Assembly: GCF_006345805.1 (NCBI RefSeq)
Contig: NC_043011.1
Span: 5,642,001 to 5,706,000 of the forward strand
Length of the DNA: 64,000 bases
Direction: 5' to 3'
Source of the DNA: Octopus sinensis
Taxonomy: Eukaryota
Shown piece after piece: positions 51,725-64,000 of the stretch. The translations under genes were made by a program, and so were the position numbers. The notes beneath the pieces are model-generated. The model was given only the letters and a program-made list of their open reading frames with translations, made no database searches and was not told the origin of the DNA. The first letter of the stretch is position 1. Every line of letters starts with the position of its first letter.

Positions 51725-52060
51725 ATTTGTGTTTGTTCCCCTGGCATTGCTTGACAACTGATGCTGGTGTGTTTATGTCCCCATCACTTAGCGGTTCGGC
51801 AAAAAGAGACCGATAGAATAAGTACTGGGCTTACAAAGAAGAAGTCCCGGGGTCGAGTTGCTCGACTAAAGACGGTGCTCCAGCATGGCCGCAGTCAAAT
51901 GACTGAAACAAGTAAAAGAGTAAACCAATAATATGTTGTGCATTTATATTAATATTACGATCATGAAATTAGAATTAGCTTATCTCACTCTTTCTTGCAG
52001 AACGCCTAGGAACCTTTTGCAGAACCCTAGGGTTCCAGGAAACCCCAGTTGAGAAATGCT
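51351..52060. mobile_element. hAT-like MITE containing a nested SINE family A (51518-51924)
   Basis: Ends CACTGTTTCTCAACC / AGTTGAGAAATG; TCTATGA repeated on both flanks. Confidence 0.65.
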
Positions 52061-52287
52061 CTATGAGGTACTCCAAAGAGTCTACTGTTGTATACTCTTG
52101 TGCCTCTTGCACATCTAAAGTCTTGGTACTTTGTTGTTACCTAGAGATTCTATTGCCTTTTAGGAGTTCTTGGACTGAGTACACAATTTCAAGCACCTAA
52201 CTTACTCCTTACATAGTGCAACTCAGTGATTTTATGAAACATACACACGCATAAATGTCTGCATGTGCGAGAATGAATATATCTATA

Positions 52288-52536
52288 TTGGATTGGTGCA
52301 TAATTATTGCGGCTTTTTCTCAACAAATTTTATTCAACAAAAACAATAACAATATCTAAAGAAAACATCTTTAAATGACGGTCTGACCGTCTGCCAAGCA
52401 AATGGGAAGCAGTCATTGAAGTAAATGGTGAATATGCTCCAGAATAATCATTTAAAGGTGTTTTTGTTACATGTTGTTATTGTTTTTGTTGAATAAAATT
52501 TGTTGAAAAAGGCCACAATAATTATGCACCAACCCA

Positions 52537-52537
<1 letters not shown>
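52288..52537 (+). mobile_element. mariner deletion-derivative MITE
   Basis: About 65-bp TIRs starting TTGGRTTGGTGCATAATTATTG, TA flanks; the interior encodes DRLPSKWEAVIEVNGEY (mariner C-terminus). Confidence 0.9.
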
Positions 52538-52579
<42 letters not shown>

Positions 52580-52906
52580 ATATACAAAAAGTGTGAAATA
52601 TAATTTAATAAAATTAATAAATTTCACCTAGTAGTTTTTTCGGTATGGAACAGACCATATTTGGTAAGAATTATATTAATTATAATAAAGGGTTAATTGC
52701 AACAAGTTGCTCAAAACCACATACCGAAAATATTAGAAATAGCAGCCAAATAGATCACTATTTCTACTACTAGTAAAAAAGTCTCCACAAACAAACAGAA
52801 TTTGCAACCCATATATGGTAAAGAGAAAGAAAATAACGAAATCCCAGCCTATTGGATTAATTATAGACGAAATCTTTTCTGGATTAGAACCAAAAGTTCA
52901 TTTCCT

Positions 52907-52951
<45 letters not shown>

Positions 52952-52960
<9 letters not shown>

Positions 52961-53272
52961 ATAAAGGATTGTAGGTAAGGCCAAAACAATGCAAAGTAAG
53001 TGCAAGGTAAATTACAAGAAAACAAAAATGTGAATTAATGTAGACTTACTTTGCATTCAATATTTCAGGGTTATGACCCCATCTTCAAGAAAATAAGCAA
53101 ACATTACCAAATTTCTTGAAAATGAGGTCATAACCCTGAAATATTGAATGCAAAGTAAGTCTACATCTATTCACATTTTTGCTTTCTTGTGATTTACCTT
53201 GCATTTACTTCGCATTGTTTTGTGTGATCTTGAGTTGTTTTGGCCTTACCTACAATCTTTTATACAATATAT
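52952..53272. mobile_element. Foldback element with decayed hammerhead motifs in both arms
   Basis: About 140-bp arms, 19-nt spacer; TTGAAGA-TGGGGTCATAACCCT-GAAATATT-GAA; abuts (TA)n at 52911-52957. Confidence 0.7.
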
Positions 53273-53351
53273 TCTACACAATGCTTCACAGTAATTATTC
53301 CATTATAATATATCTATACATACATACATATATATATATATATATCCTTTT

Positions 53352-53725
53352 ATTCTTTTCTTTTATCTGTTTCGGTATTTGACTGCAGCCATGCTGGAGC
53401 ACTGCCTTTAGTCAAAGAAATCAACCCAGGACTTATTCTTTGTAAGACTAGTACTTATTTTATCAGTCGCTTTTACCAAACCACAAAGTTACACGGGATG
53501 TAAACACACCAACATTGGTTGTCAAGAAATAGTGGGGACACACGCACACACATATATATATGGCACGCTTCTTTCTGTAACCATCTATGAAATCCACTCA
53601 CAAGGCTTTGGTTGGCCTGAGGCTATAGTAGAGGACACTTGCCCAAGGTGCCACACAGTGGGACTGAACCTGGAACTGTGTGGTAGGGAAGCAAGCTTCT
53701 TACCCCATAGCCATGCCAGCACCTA
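53352..53725 (-). mobile_element. SINE family A, diverged
   Basis: Aligns to 299-709. Confidence 0.8.
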
Positions 53726-54716
53726 TGTATGCACACACACACACACAGATAAAATTGAAGGTACAACAATTGGTGGTAGGCTGTTGCCCTGATGAGTGCA
53801 AAGTTGTAGTTTTGATTCCCAGACCAGCAGAACATTGCGTTCTTGAGCAAAACACTTCATGTTGCTCCAGTCCACTTGGCTGCAACTGGATAACCCTGTC
53901 ACAGACTGGCATTCTGCTCAAGGGGAGACGGTAGCCCACCTTCTGAGCCAGTGGGGTGTGGAATCACTGGAAAACAACAAAAGTGTGGTCTGGTGGTCGA
54001 GACAGTGACACAGTTGATAAAATCATAGGGAGGGAGGTGGTAAGGGGGAAAAGCAAGGATAAATGGAAAAAAGAAAAAAACAAGTAAAAAAACTAATAAT
54101 AATAATAATAATATAATAATAATAATAAAAAACTCAGGCACAATCAAAAAAGCTTATTAGTAGACCAGATGCAAACAGGGAAGATGATTTAACTTCATGC
54201 TTGCTATAAGGAATGGTAAATTGGGGTAGTGGTGGTGGTGGTGGTGGTATATGGTTGGCATGGAGATAAAAGCAGCAAGTTATGGCACAAAATACTAGTT
54301 TCTGTTACTGGAAATACTGGAGGAAGTTGGCATGGAATCAGGGATTTCTCTTTGAAGACATTGCAAAGCATTCTAAGGAAGAAAATCACCATGCAAAAAA
54401 ATGGCAAAAACAAAGGAAAAGATTGTTTGTTGCTGATGGTGTTGTTGTGGAAATGATGGTTTGTGGTTTCTAAGGAAATTCCGTGAAACATGTAAAAGTG
54501 GCAGTTTCTAATTTCTTCTTTTGTTGTTGTTGTTTTCTAAATATTTCTCTTCGTTTTTATTGAAATAGAGAATCACTTTCCGTTGATTTCAGTTTGTTTC
54601 AAAGGTGAAATGTTATTGTGTCAATTACTCCAAACACACACACGTGCACAGTAGTGTAGTAATGATTATAGCTAATACAAGAGAGTATGCAATGTGTGTG
54701 TGTGTGTATGTATATA

Positions 54717-54769
<53 letters not shown>

Positions 54770-54929
54770 TTTTTTATTGAATCTGCAAAAACATCCAAAA
54801 CCGGCTGACATATGGAAACATGAAACTCTGAGTAACAGTTTTGTGATGTCTTTGCAGCTTTAATGAAAAAGCATATTACTCTACCTTTAGTATTTGAGTA
54901 CTATTTTTTCCATCTTATTTTATATTTCT

Positions 54930-54973
<44 letters not shown>

Positions 54974-55924
54974 ATTTTATATTCCTCAGGTGTATATATA
55001 TATGGAGAAGACAAGTTGTCAAAATATTTAAGAGAATTTTATTCAAACAACTTTTCTCAATTTTTAATTAAACTGTTGAGCTTTATGGGACTTCTTTCCA
55101 TAAATTCACCACACATCATATACAAGTACTACTTTCATATCTTCAGAAATTTATGCCTGTAAACTACCACCAAAATATGAAGAATCAACGTTAGAAATCT
55201 TTTTTGGAAACCTCCAAAGTAAAGGATGAATCTACATTCAACCTTTTTACACTTAAAAATATATATATATATATACACACACACATGCACACACACACGC
55301 GTATATATGTGTGCGTATTATATATATATACACACACACACACACAGAGATTTACATGCTCCTATACATATACACACACCTACATCTATACATGTATATA
55401 TACACACAGTTTACAGTAGATGAGGCATTTGAATCCTACATGCAATGATACAACTAATATACACACACACATATATAAAATACTTGGACATTTACAAACA
55501 TTAATTCCATAAGAACTCCTTTATTTTCTCTTCCCCCACCTATAACAAGAGATCCCCTCTGCGGTCGACTGACCTGCTAGACACAGCAGACAGATCATAC
55601 TTAATCATCTAAAAAAACAAAACAAAAAAAACAATAAAACACATTAGATAATGGATATTTTACAACTGAAGACCAAAAGTCAAGATGGTCATAGATGGAA
55701 TGGCAGTGGGATCATAGGTCTACCTCATCAGAGCTAACCCCAGGCTAAACAACAGTAACAAATTAAATTATTGATTGCTTGTATTTCCCTATCAGTACAG
55801 CCCTGCTTTTAACAGCATTTTGCTGGCTCTTCTACCATAATTTTAATTGGCACCATGAGGAGGAGAAGAGAGGAGAGACAGACAGCTGACAGCAACAACA
55901 AGTGTTTCATTATCTCAAACACTC

Positions 55925-56109
55925 ATGGTGGCAAGCAGGCAGAACCATTAGCATGCTGTCTTCCCATTCTGAGTTCAAATTCCACTGAGGTCGACTTTAC
56001 CTTTTATCCTTTCGGGGGTGATAAATTAAGTACCAGTTGTGTACTGGGGTCGATCTAATCGACTGGCCCACTCCCCCAAATTTCAGGAGTTGTGCCTAGA
56101 GCAGAAATA
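55925..56109 (+). mobile_element. SINE family B with a 16-bp TSD
   Basis: ATTATCTCAAACACTC at 55909-55924 and 56110-56125. Confidence 0.9.
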
Positions 56110-57117
56110 ATTATCTCAAACACTCGATGGTGTGTCCAGTTAAAGTGTGTCTTGTTTGCAATTCCATGGTTTTTGGTTCATGTTCCAACATGACCACAGT
56201 CTGGCTGAAACACATAAAAGATATACACACACACACACACAAACCTCTTCACCACATGGCTACAATAATGAAACATGTCTCTTTTATAGCTGCTTTCTCT
56301 CTTCACCAATCCACAGTTGTTTAAACAAGTCACATCTTCATCATCATTATTCTTTTTCACATCCACTTTTCGATGCCTTCATGGGTCAACGTATTGAATC
56401 AGATGATTTTCTATGGCTGGATGCTCTTCCTGCTGCCAATCCTCATCTCTTTCCAATCAAGGCAGTATCTCTCCAAGGCCAGACATGTTTTCATGGAAGA
56501 TTGGTAACTGTGACACTCATTCACAACTATTACACAATATCAAGACAAGGAGAGACAAACACACACACATGCGTGTACACTCACATATAACTGGTACTCT
56601 ATCAGTGACAACGATGAATGTTTCGGTTGATCTGGTCAACGGAACAGCCTGCTTGTGAAATTAATGTGCAAGTGGTCGAGTACTCCACAAATGTGTGTAC
56701 CCTTCATGCGGTTCTCAGTGAGATTCAACACGGCACAGAATGTAACAAGGTTGGGCTTCTGAAATACAGGTGTTACACATTTTTGGTAGCTGAGCAGACT
56801 GGAACAACAAGAAATGAAGTGTCTTGCTCAAGGATACAGCACACACATACATACATACATACAGGTATGCAATCCTTTATCCAGAACCTTTGGGAACAGT
56901 TGTGTTCTGAATTTTGGATTTTTTCGGATTTCAGAACAAAAGCCAGCTACACCAGATTGTAAACTAGACATCAAAACAAACATCCTACTACAATAACAAG
57001 CAGATGCAATACATACTCACATACACACGTACTCACATGCATACATACTCACAATCAGTGGGGAAAATAAATATTCATAGATTGATATACTAGTAAATGA
57101 AATAGTGAGATAATTAA

Positions 57118-57333
57118 CCCTTTTTGTTACCAACCTGGCTGAAACCAGCTCTGGCTCTGTAGTACAAATATTTTGTTTTCATAAGTTTTGAATTAAAATC
57201 TTCCACCAAACCTTAGTCACAATTTATGTTCCTAACACTAGCTGAACGATAACTAAGTTATTCAACTAAATTCTTTGTTATATTTAAAGCAATTGAATCA
57301 CAGCATCTCAAAATAAATACAGCAAAGAAAGGG
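57118..57333. mobile_element. piggyBac-like MITE
   Basis: TTAA flanks, CCCTTT...AAAGGG termini. Confidence 0.85.
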
Positions 57334-57738
57334 TTAAGATCACAAATAACAAAATACATATATTAAGATAATTTAAAACAAGAATCCACGATCCAAAAGT
57401 ACAGGTATACACATTACCATAATATTTGTGTAGATAGATGCATAAGTATTTGCACTAATTTGAATAAAGAAAGACTACAAATGGTATTATAGTTTATTTA
57501 TATGCGAGAGCCAAAAATTGGTTCAAACTAGGCTAAATGTAAAGTTGCAGTTAAGTTGTAGAACAGGGTTTGTCAGTGTCACCAATGTCATCATCAGGCA
57601 AACCTCTGAGGATGGGGGCCAGGAATGGGATTCTCAAGTGATGAAGTAGCACTATGAGAGAGGACATTTTTTTAAAGACTTCTTCAAGATTCATCTGTCT
57701 CATTAGCACAGATTTCTGTCTAAGAAATGTCTCCTTAA

Positions 57739-58189
57739 CCCTTTCATTACGGTATAAATTTTGAGATGCTCTGTTTTTCTTTCAATTACTTTAAATATAA
57801 TAAAGAATTTAGTAAAGTAACTTAGTTATCATTCAGCTAGTATTAGGAACATAAATTGTGACTAAGGTTTGGTGGAAGATTTTAATTCAAAACTTATGAA
57901 AACAAAACATTTGTACTACAGAGCCAGATTGGTATCAAAAGGGTTAAGAATATCATGGTAACTTTGACCCTTTTGGTACCATATTTCTTTTGGGATGCTC
58001 AGTGTTTCTTTCAATTGATTTTAAATACAACAAAGAATTTAGTAAAATAACTTAGTTATCATTAAACTAGTGTTGGGAACATAAATTGTGACTAAGGTTT
58101 GGTGGAAGATTTTAATTCAAAACTTATGCAAACAAGACATGTGTACTCGGAGCCAGAGGCGGTTTCAGCTGGGTTGGTAACAAAAAGGG
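57739..58189. mobile_element. Two tandem piggyBac-like MITEs (57739-57943, 57968-58189), inverted relative to 57118-57333
   Basis: Same body and termini as 44235-44454. Confidence 0.85.
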
Positions 58190-58299
58190 TTAATTGAGTA
58201 AACTCCCATAATCTGTTGTTCACCGATAAATGCATGTTGTTCAAGACCAGCTATTAACTGATCACAAATTTTCACCTTATCATCTATAGCGATTTTTTT

Positions 58300-59180
58300 T
58301 CACCTGCATTCTCTATGGCCTCATCACTACTGTCTTCATATTTAACGCCATTTCAGCAATTTCTCCATCACTCCATACACCACAGCTGCATCTTTGCCAA
58401 TTTCTAGCATTTCTTCCATGTCTGCTTCTTCTGGATCATTTATACTTCCGCATGATAAACTTTTAGCGCAAGTTACGAGTTTTGATATCTTCTCATTAGT
58501 GTCACGAAACGCTCCAAATTCGTTATCTATAGGATTCTTTTCATCAAACATCGTTATTGGCCAAACTCCATGCCAGCCATTAGTTACTGTTGGTGGCACG
58601 CTGTGCAGGTGGCACGTAAAAAGCACCCACTACACTTGTGGAGTGGTTGGCATTAGGAAGGGCATCCAGCTGTAAAAACTCTGCCAGATCAGACTGGAGC
58701 CTGGTGCAGCCCCTGGCTTCCCAGACCCCAGTCGAACCGTCCAACCCGTCCTAGTGCAGAAAACGGACGTTAAACGATGATGATGATGATGATTCCAAGC
58801 ATCCACAACAGCGAACTCTTTCAGATAGTCTTGCATTCTTGTTTGTTGACCGCATCAAGGCACAACAGCTCATAAAATTATAGTTACTCTTAATGGAGCC
58901 TAAAATCCATTTTCATCAGATACGATCTTGGCAGATTCGTTTATGTAAATTTCTGCAGAAGCTTTTTCACCACAGATTTTCAGATATTTTACACCATGAC
59001 ACTTCTTGAATTTCTGCGGCCAACCTTCTCTTAATATGGACACTCTCCTTCAATGTTACAATTCTTTATGATATATTCTAGCTTGTTTCATGACCAACAA
59101 ACCAACCAATGGCATATGTTCCCTTCTCCATTCTCAAATCCATTCTATCACCACACAGTCAAAATCTTCATTTTTAGCCC
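58300..59180 (-). mobile_element. pogo/Tigger transposase relic, interrupted by an RTE-tail repeat (~58602-58794)
   Basis: GWPQKFKKCHGVKYLKICGEKASA (CENP-B-type HTH) and AVVDAWN|..VPPTVTNGWHGVWP (DDE C-terminal region). Confidence 0.85.
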
Positions 59181-59274
59181 TATGTAGTGTTTTCCTATTT
59201 TTCATTAGTCTGTGTTCATCACTCTCCCTATAAAACTTCAGTAATCTGTCTTTCTGTTTCTTTGAGTCATCACC

Positions 59275-59712
59275 ATCATCATTGTTCGACCGTGGTCGAG
59301 ACAATGGAATTTACCATGCTACACCAGACTTCATGGTCCATCATGGTATTACGGAGGTCCTGTTGCTGGATGCCTGTATCCCTGGAGATTACATCAGGGT
59401 AGGAGAGTGTACTCCCTCTGGTATTGCGAGTAGATGGCTTCCAGAGGAGAAGAGTAGAAATTACCTCTTTTTCAGCTCTACAACAATGTCCAGCAAACTG
59501 GACTCTCCTACCTTTCACAAGAGATGACACAGGTGGTAGTTTCCCATATATTTGCATTTTGGTTGGATGGCGCTTCCACGAGAGATTTTGAGCTCTCATA
59601 AGGAGGCGAGTGTAGGTTCCATCCAACCGCCTCTCAAGCTTCTTTGATAACGTCCAGGTTTCTGAGCCATAGAGTAGAATTGAGTCATACTGTGCTAGTT
59701 CCAACACCATAT
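59275..59712 (-). mobile_element. RTE-clade LINE 3' fragment (second family)
   Basis: LYGSETWTL...RRVQFAGHCCRA...MMDHEVW; ends in GAT-like repeats. Confidence 0.85.
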
Positions 59713-59741
59713 TCTTCAGTGAGTCACTGCACAGACACACT

Positions 59742-59878
<137 letters not shown>

Positions 59879-60237
59879 CCCTCATGCATTATAGGTTTCT
59901 GTTGTAACTCCACTTTCTGCATTACTGATAACGATGTTTCCTTTTCTTTTTCTCACTGGTACCTGCAATTCTTTTTCACATTTTCAAGGTAAATTATCTC
60001 CATAGTGACAAGAAACAACACAAAAACAGCAAATTGATGTCTTCTCTCTAAAAGTGCTGAACCACACCTGACACCTGGCGGTAAGTGGTGACCATCCTGC
60101 TAAGCGTTGCCACATCATACTTGAGTGAGTCGGGTACGTTGGTCAGTTGTTTGCACACCAAACGACCCGTTATGACACACTTCACCCTCCACAAGAAAGT
60201 TCGGTCTTTGGGGCTCTCTGGGTAAAGGATTGTGTAC

Positions 60238-60294
<57 letters not shown>

Positions 60295-60756
60295 TATACA
60301 TATATGCACACACACACACACACACACTTATAAGCATCCACATATACTCACGCAGATGCATACACACACACACACAAACAAATAGGGGCTTCTTTCAGTT
60401 TCCATCTGCCAAACTAGCCACTTACAAGATTTTGGCCAGCCTGGGGCAGAGTATTTTTACTATTTTTATATTCTGCAAATATTTTTAAGAACTAATAAAA
60501 AAGGAGAGATTTTTCAATATTTTATAAAAGTTTAAACTACTCGAAGAGTTTCTGAAGACTAAAAGACAAATGATGCTCTGTATTTTCAGTAGACAATGTT
60601 TTATACATTGCCAATGTTGTTTAACTCCAAATTAGTCCTGAATAAGCTGACTTATGATCAAAAGCATTCCAGACATGACCATCTTGTCTTTTAGTTATTG
60701 CATGCACTGGACTGTGTTATCCCAAAGTGACCTTTCCTTTAAGAATATCAGATGTT

Positions 60757-61130
60757 ACTTTTACTCTCTTTTCTCTCTTTTATTTATTTCAGTCATTTGA
60801 CTGCGGCCATGCTGGAGCACCGCCTTTAGTCGAGCAAATTGACCCCGGGACTTATTCTTTGTAAGCCCAGTACTTATTCTATCGGTCTCTTTTGCCGAAC
60901 CGCTAAGTGACGGGGACGTAAACACACCAGCATCGGTTGTCAAGCAATGCTAGGGGGACAAACACAGACACAGAAACACACACACATACATATATATATA
61001 CATATATACGACGAGCTTCTTTCAGTTTCCGTCTACCAAATCCACTCACAAGGATTTGGTCGGCCTGAGGCTATAGCAGAAGACACTTGCTCAAGATGCC
61101 ACGCAGTGGGACTGAACCCTAAACCACGTG
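60757..61130 (-). mobile_element. SINE family A
   Basis: Aligns to 299-709. Confidence 0.9.
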
Positions 61131-62851
61131 GTTGAGAAAGATTTTGGCTGTTATTTCTAGCATTACTTCAAGTAGTCCTACAGAATGTTTCATCATCATC
61201 AATCCCAGTCCTAAGACTCCTGTGGCCAGTTACCCAGTCTTTATAATGTATGAGTGACCAGGGTCACATCATTCCCCTGGACAGAATGCTAGTCCCTTGC
61301 AGGGTGGCTCATTTGCAATTGAGTGGACTGGAGCAATGGGAAACAGTGTTTTCCTCAATAACACAATGCATCAGCCAGTTCAAGGATTGAAATCATGACC
61401 TTACAATTGTGAGTGCAACAACCTAACCACTCAGCCAACCAAACTGGCAATGGTTCTAATAATACTGAATAAACCTTTGTTATCTCAGTCAAGATAAGAT
61501 GTGATTTTAGCAAACTTTGGCTGCTATATCTAGCATTTAAGTGCCTCCTTACTGTTTTTGTTGTTCCATAATTGGTAAATGTCAACAAGTGGTGATGTTC
61601 ACTTGGAGGATTTTTGAGACTAATGTCTTAAGAACTCTGAGAATTCTTCAGGAAATGTCAAAAGCAATTCAATACAAACAGACATTATTTTTGTTTTGTT
61701 CCACTCAAAACTTGTTCACTTTGAAAATGTAACAACACAATAAATATATTTAAAAAATATACCTAATCTATAAAATTCCAAAGTTTCTTGTTTTAAATTT
61801 CTAATTCCAGGAATTTAAAATTTAAATATGACATTTTGAATCTAAAATTTAAATGTAATATTTTGAATTTTAGAATTAAGAACCTAAAAATATAAAATGA
61901 ATTGTTTGAAATTTAAAATTTAAATTTATTTCAATTTTGAATTTTAAGCTTTGTATTTACATTTCTAATGAATAAGCTTCATATTGTAATGAGAATGTGA
62001 TTAAGTAACATTCATGCCTGCCTTGATGGAATTAACAATGGTAATTAAATGAAACGTTTTAAGAAGTTTCCATGTAGTCCATTCTTCTCAATATCATTTC
62101 TAATCTAAAACTGATTTCTTTTCAGTGAGCAAAGTACTCCTACAACTGACTCTGTCATCCCCAGTGTATTACAGGTATTTCTTCATATCCTACACTAATT
62201 TGCTGAATGTAACATATTCATGTGTTTGTTATACTTTAATATTTATTAGTTAAGTTGACAGAATTGTTACCAAAGCGGAAAAAAGTGCTTAGTGCTATTT
62301 CTTCCAACTTTATGTTCTGAGGTCGACTTTGCCTTTCATCATTTCAGGGTCGATAAAATAAGGACCCTCCCCTAAAATTGCTGGTCTTGTGCCAAAATTT
62401 GAAACCAAAATTAGCAAAGACGGAAATGGTTTTCAGTTGTGTTTGTTTGTTTGTCCGTGGACGAGATATCTCAAGAACCAATGGATGGATTCAGATGAAA
62501 CTTTCAGGGATGTTTGGCCTCATGACTGGCATTAACTGATTAGATTTTGGGATCGATCCAGTACTGGACAAGCATTCTAGATTATTTGTTATATTTACAA
62601 TCTTACGTTCACTTTCAAGACTTTTGCAACTATCTCCCTTTAGGCTGTTTCCAAAGTTTTCATTTCTTTATTAACTTTATTCGTGTTTCTATCGTAGTAG
62701 AAACTGATGGATACAAAAATCAAACTACATAAACAAACAGCAGCAAAACCATTTAGAAATTAAATAACACTAACATAGTTTTATAATATATATATTATGC
62801 ATACATTTTAAGACTTTACAGTATACTTACATATACACATACATCTATATA

Positions 62852-63152
62852 TCACGTGACTGACCAGACCATCAGATGTTGCTACACATCGCTGGTCACA
62901 ATGCGTTCGCATTGTTTTAGTCTTCAAATGACGCCACCCCGCTGGCTAAGCGAGCAGGCCAACAGAAGAAAGAGTGAGAGAAAGAGTGGTGAAAGAGTAC
63001 AGCAAGGATCACCACCCCCTGCCGGAGCCTCGTGGAGCTTTTAGGTGTTTTCGCTCAATAAACACTCACAACGCCCGGTCTAGGAATCGAAACCGCGATC
63101 CTATGACCGCGAGTCCGCTGCCCTAACCACTAGGCCATTGCGCTTCCACACA
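62852..63152 (-). mobile_element. tRNA-derived SINE (resembles octopus OR-type)
   Basis: Head GGAAGCGCAATGGCCTAGTGGTTAGGGCAGCGGACTCGCGGTC...GGTTTCGATTCC carries A and B boxes. Confidence 0.8.
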
Positions 63153-63334
63153 TACATCTATATATCAATCTAAAACAGCAGGAATACTAAAGGAATGCCG
63201 GAATTTAAGAGAAGAGAAAAACCAAAAGATCTCATGCTATTCATTAAAAAATTCCTGAGTAGAACTTGATGTTATTACCTCTGCCTTTGAAACTATTTTG
63301 AATGGTGAATTTGTTAACTTTGGCTTGTATTAGA

Positions 63335-63722
63335 TACTCTTTTACTTGTTTCAGTCATTTGACTGTGGCCATGCTGGAGCACTGCCTTTAATCGAGCAAC
63401 TCGATCCTGGGACTTATTCTTTTGTAAGCCCAGTACTTATTTAATCGGTCTCTTTTGCCAAACTGCTAAGTAACGGGGACATAAACACACCAGCATCGAT
63501 TGTCAAGCAATGCTAGGGGACAAACACAGGCACACACACACACTCATATATATATACATATATACGACGGGCTTCTTTCAGTTTCCGTCTACCAAATCCA
63601 CTCACAGGGCATTGGTCGGCCCGAGGCTATAGTAGAAGACACTTGCCCAAGGTGCCACGCAGTGGGACTGCACCCGGAACCATGTAGTTGGTAAACAGGC
63701 TACTTACCACACAGCCACTACT
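63335..63722 (-). mobile_element. SINE family A
   Basis: Aligns to 299-709. Confidence 0.9.
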
Positions 63723-64000
63723 GTTACTAAATTTTCTACAGCCACCTTCACCTCGCATGACTACCATTGGGATCAGTCAGGTACCAGACAAGGATTCTGG
63801 ATTATTTTCCTGGTTTTTAACTTAATTGTTGTGAGTGGTCAGGTTCATTTTTAGTATTCTCATTAGTGAAAGCAGTCGAGTTTATTTCAGATATTCTCAT
63901 TTTAAAAATCCTCTCTGGCTAATCATTGAGAGGACATTGGTGTTGCCTTGGTGGAGGTTTGTGCTCTTTGAGTGCTCTTGTTATTATTACTATTATTATT

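Noticed and set aside
53789-53795. CTGATGA motif
   Set aside because: Lies in a tRNA-like SINE head with no downstream GAAA or stems.
54465-54500. CTAAGGA...GAAACATGTA hammerhead-like string
   Set aside because: G5 is missing, stem II is implausible and stem I is only 3 bp.
60048-60240. Non-repetitive ORF (YPESPKDRTFLWRVKC...)
   Set aside because: The start lies in a microsatellite, and there is no recognisable motif or convincing splice pair.

Overview
Repeat-saturated animal genomic DNA with no intact protein-coding gene visible. It is most likely from an octopus or other coleoid cephalopod; this is inferred from the SINE families and the GC-rich expansion segments in the 18S fragment. 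The window holds tRNA-derived SINEs, decayed CR1, RTE, Tx1 and CRE LINE pieces, mariner, pogo, hAT, piggyBac, Merlin-like and Helitron derivatives, many microsatellites, an 18S+ITS1 rDNA fragment embedded in a Tx1 LINE, and a decayed C2H2 zinc-finger array. The most interesting signal is a set of type I hammerhead ribozyme (HHR) motifs, hand-folded from the sequence. Two sit in the arms of a ~583-bp-arm near-perfect inverted repeat (3681-5095). A third lies at 5149-5237, a variant at 14123-14169, and decayed copies at 34446-34486 and in a second foldback at 52952-53272. Together they suggest non-coding, TA-microsatellite-associated foldback elements derived from Penelope-like pseudo-LTRs. Other notable items: a Tc1/mariner shell carrying captured LINE fragments, a template-switch inverted duplication at 6550-7801, and a palindromic MITE with telomere-like repeats. 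All folds, alignments and identities were done by eye; no database search was run.
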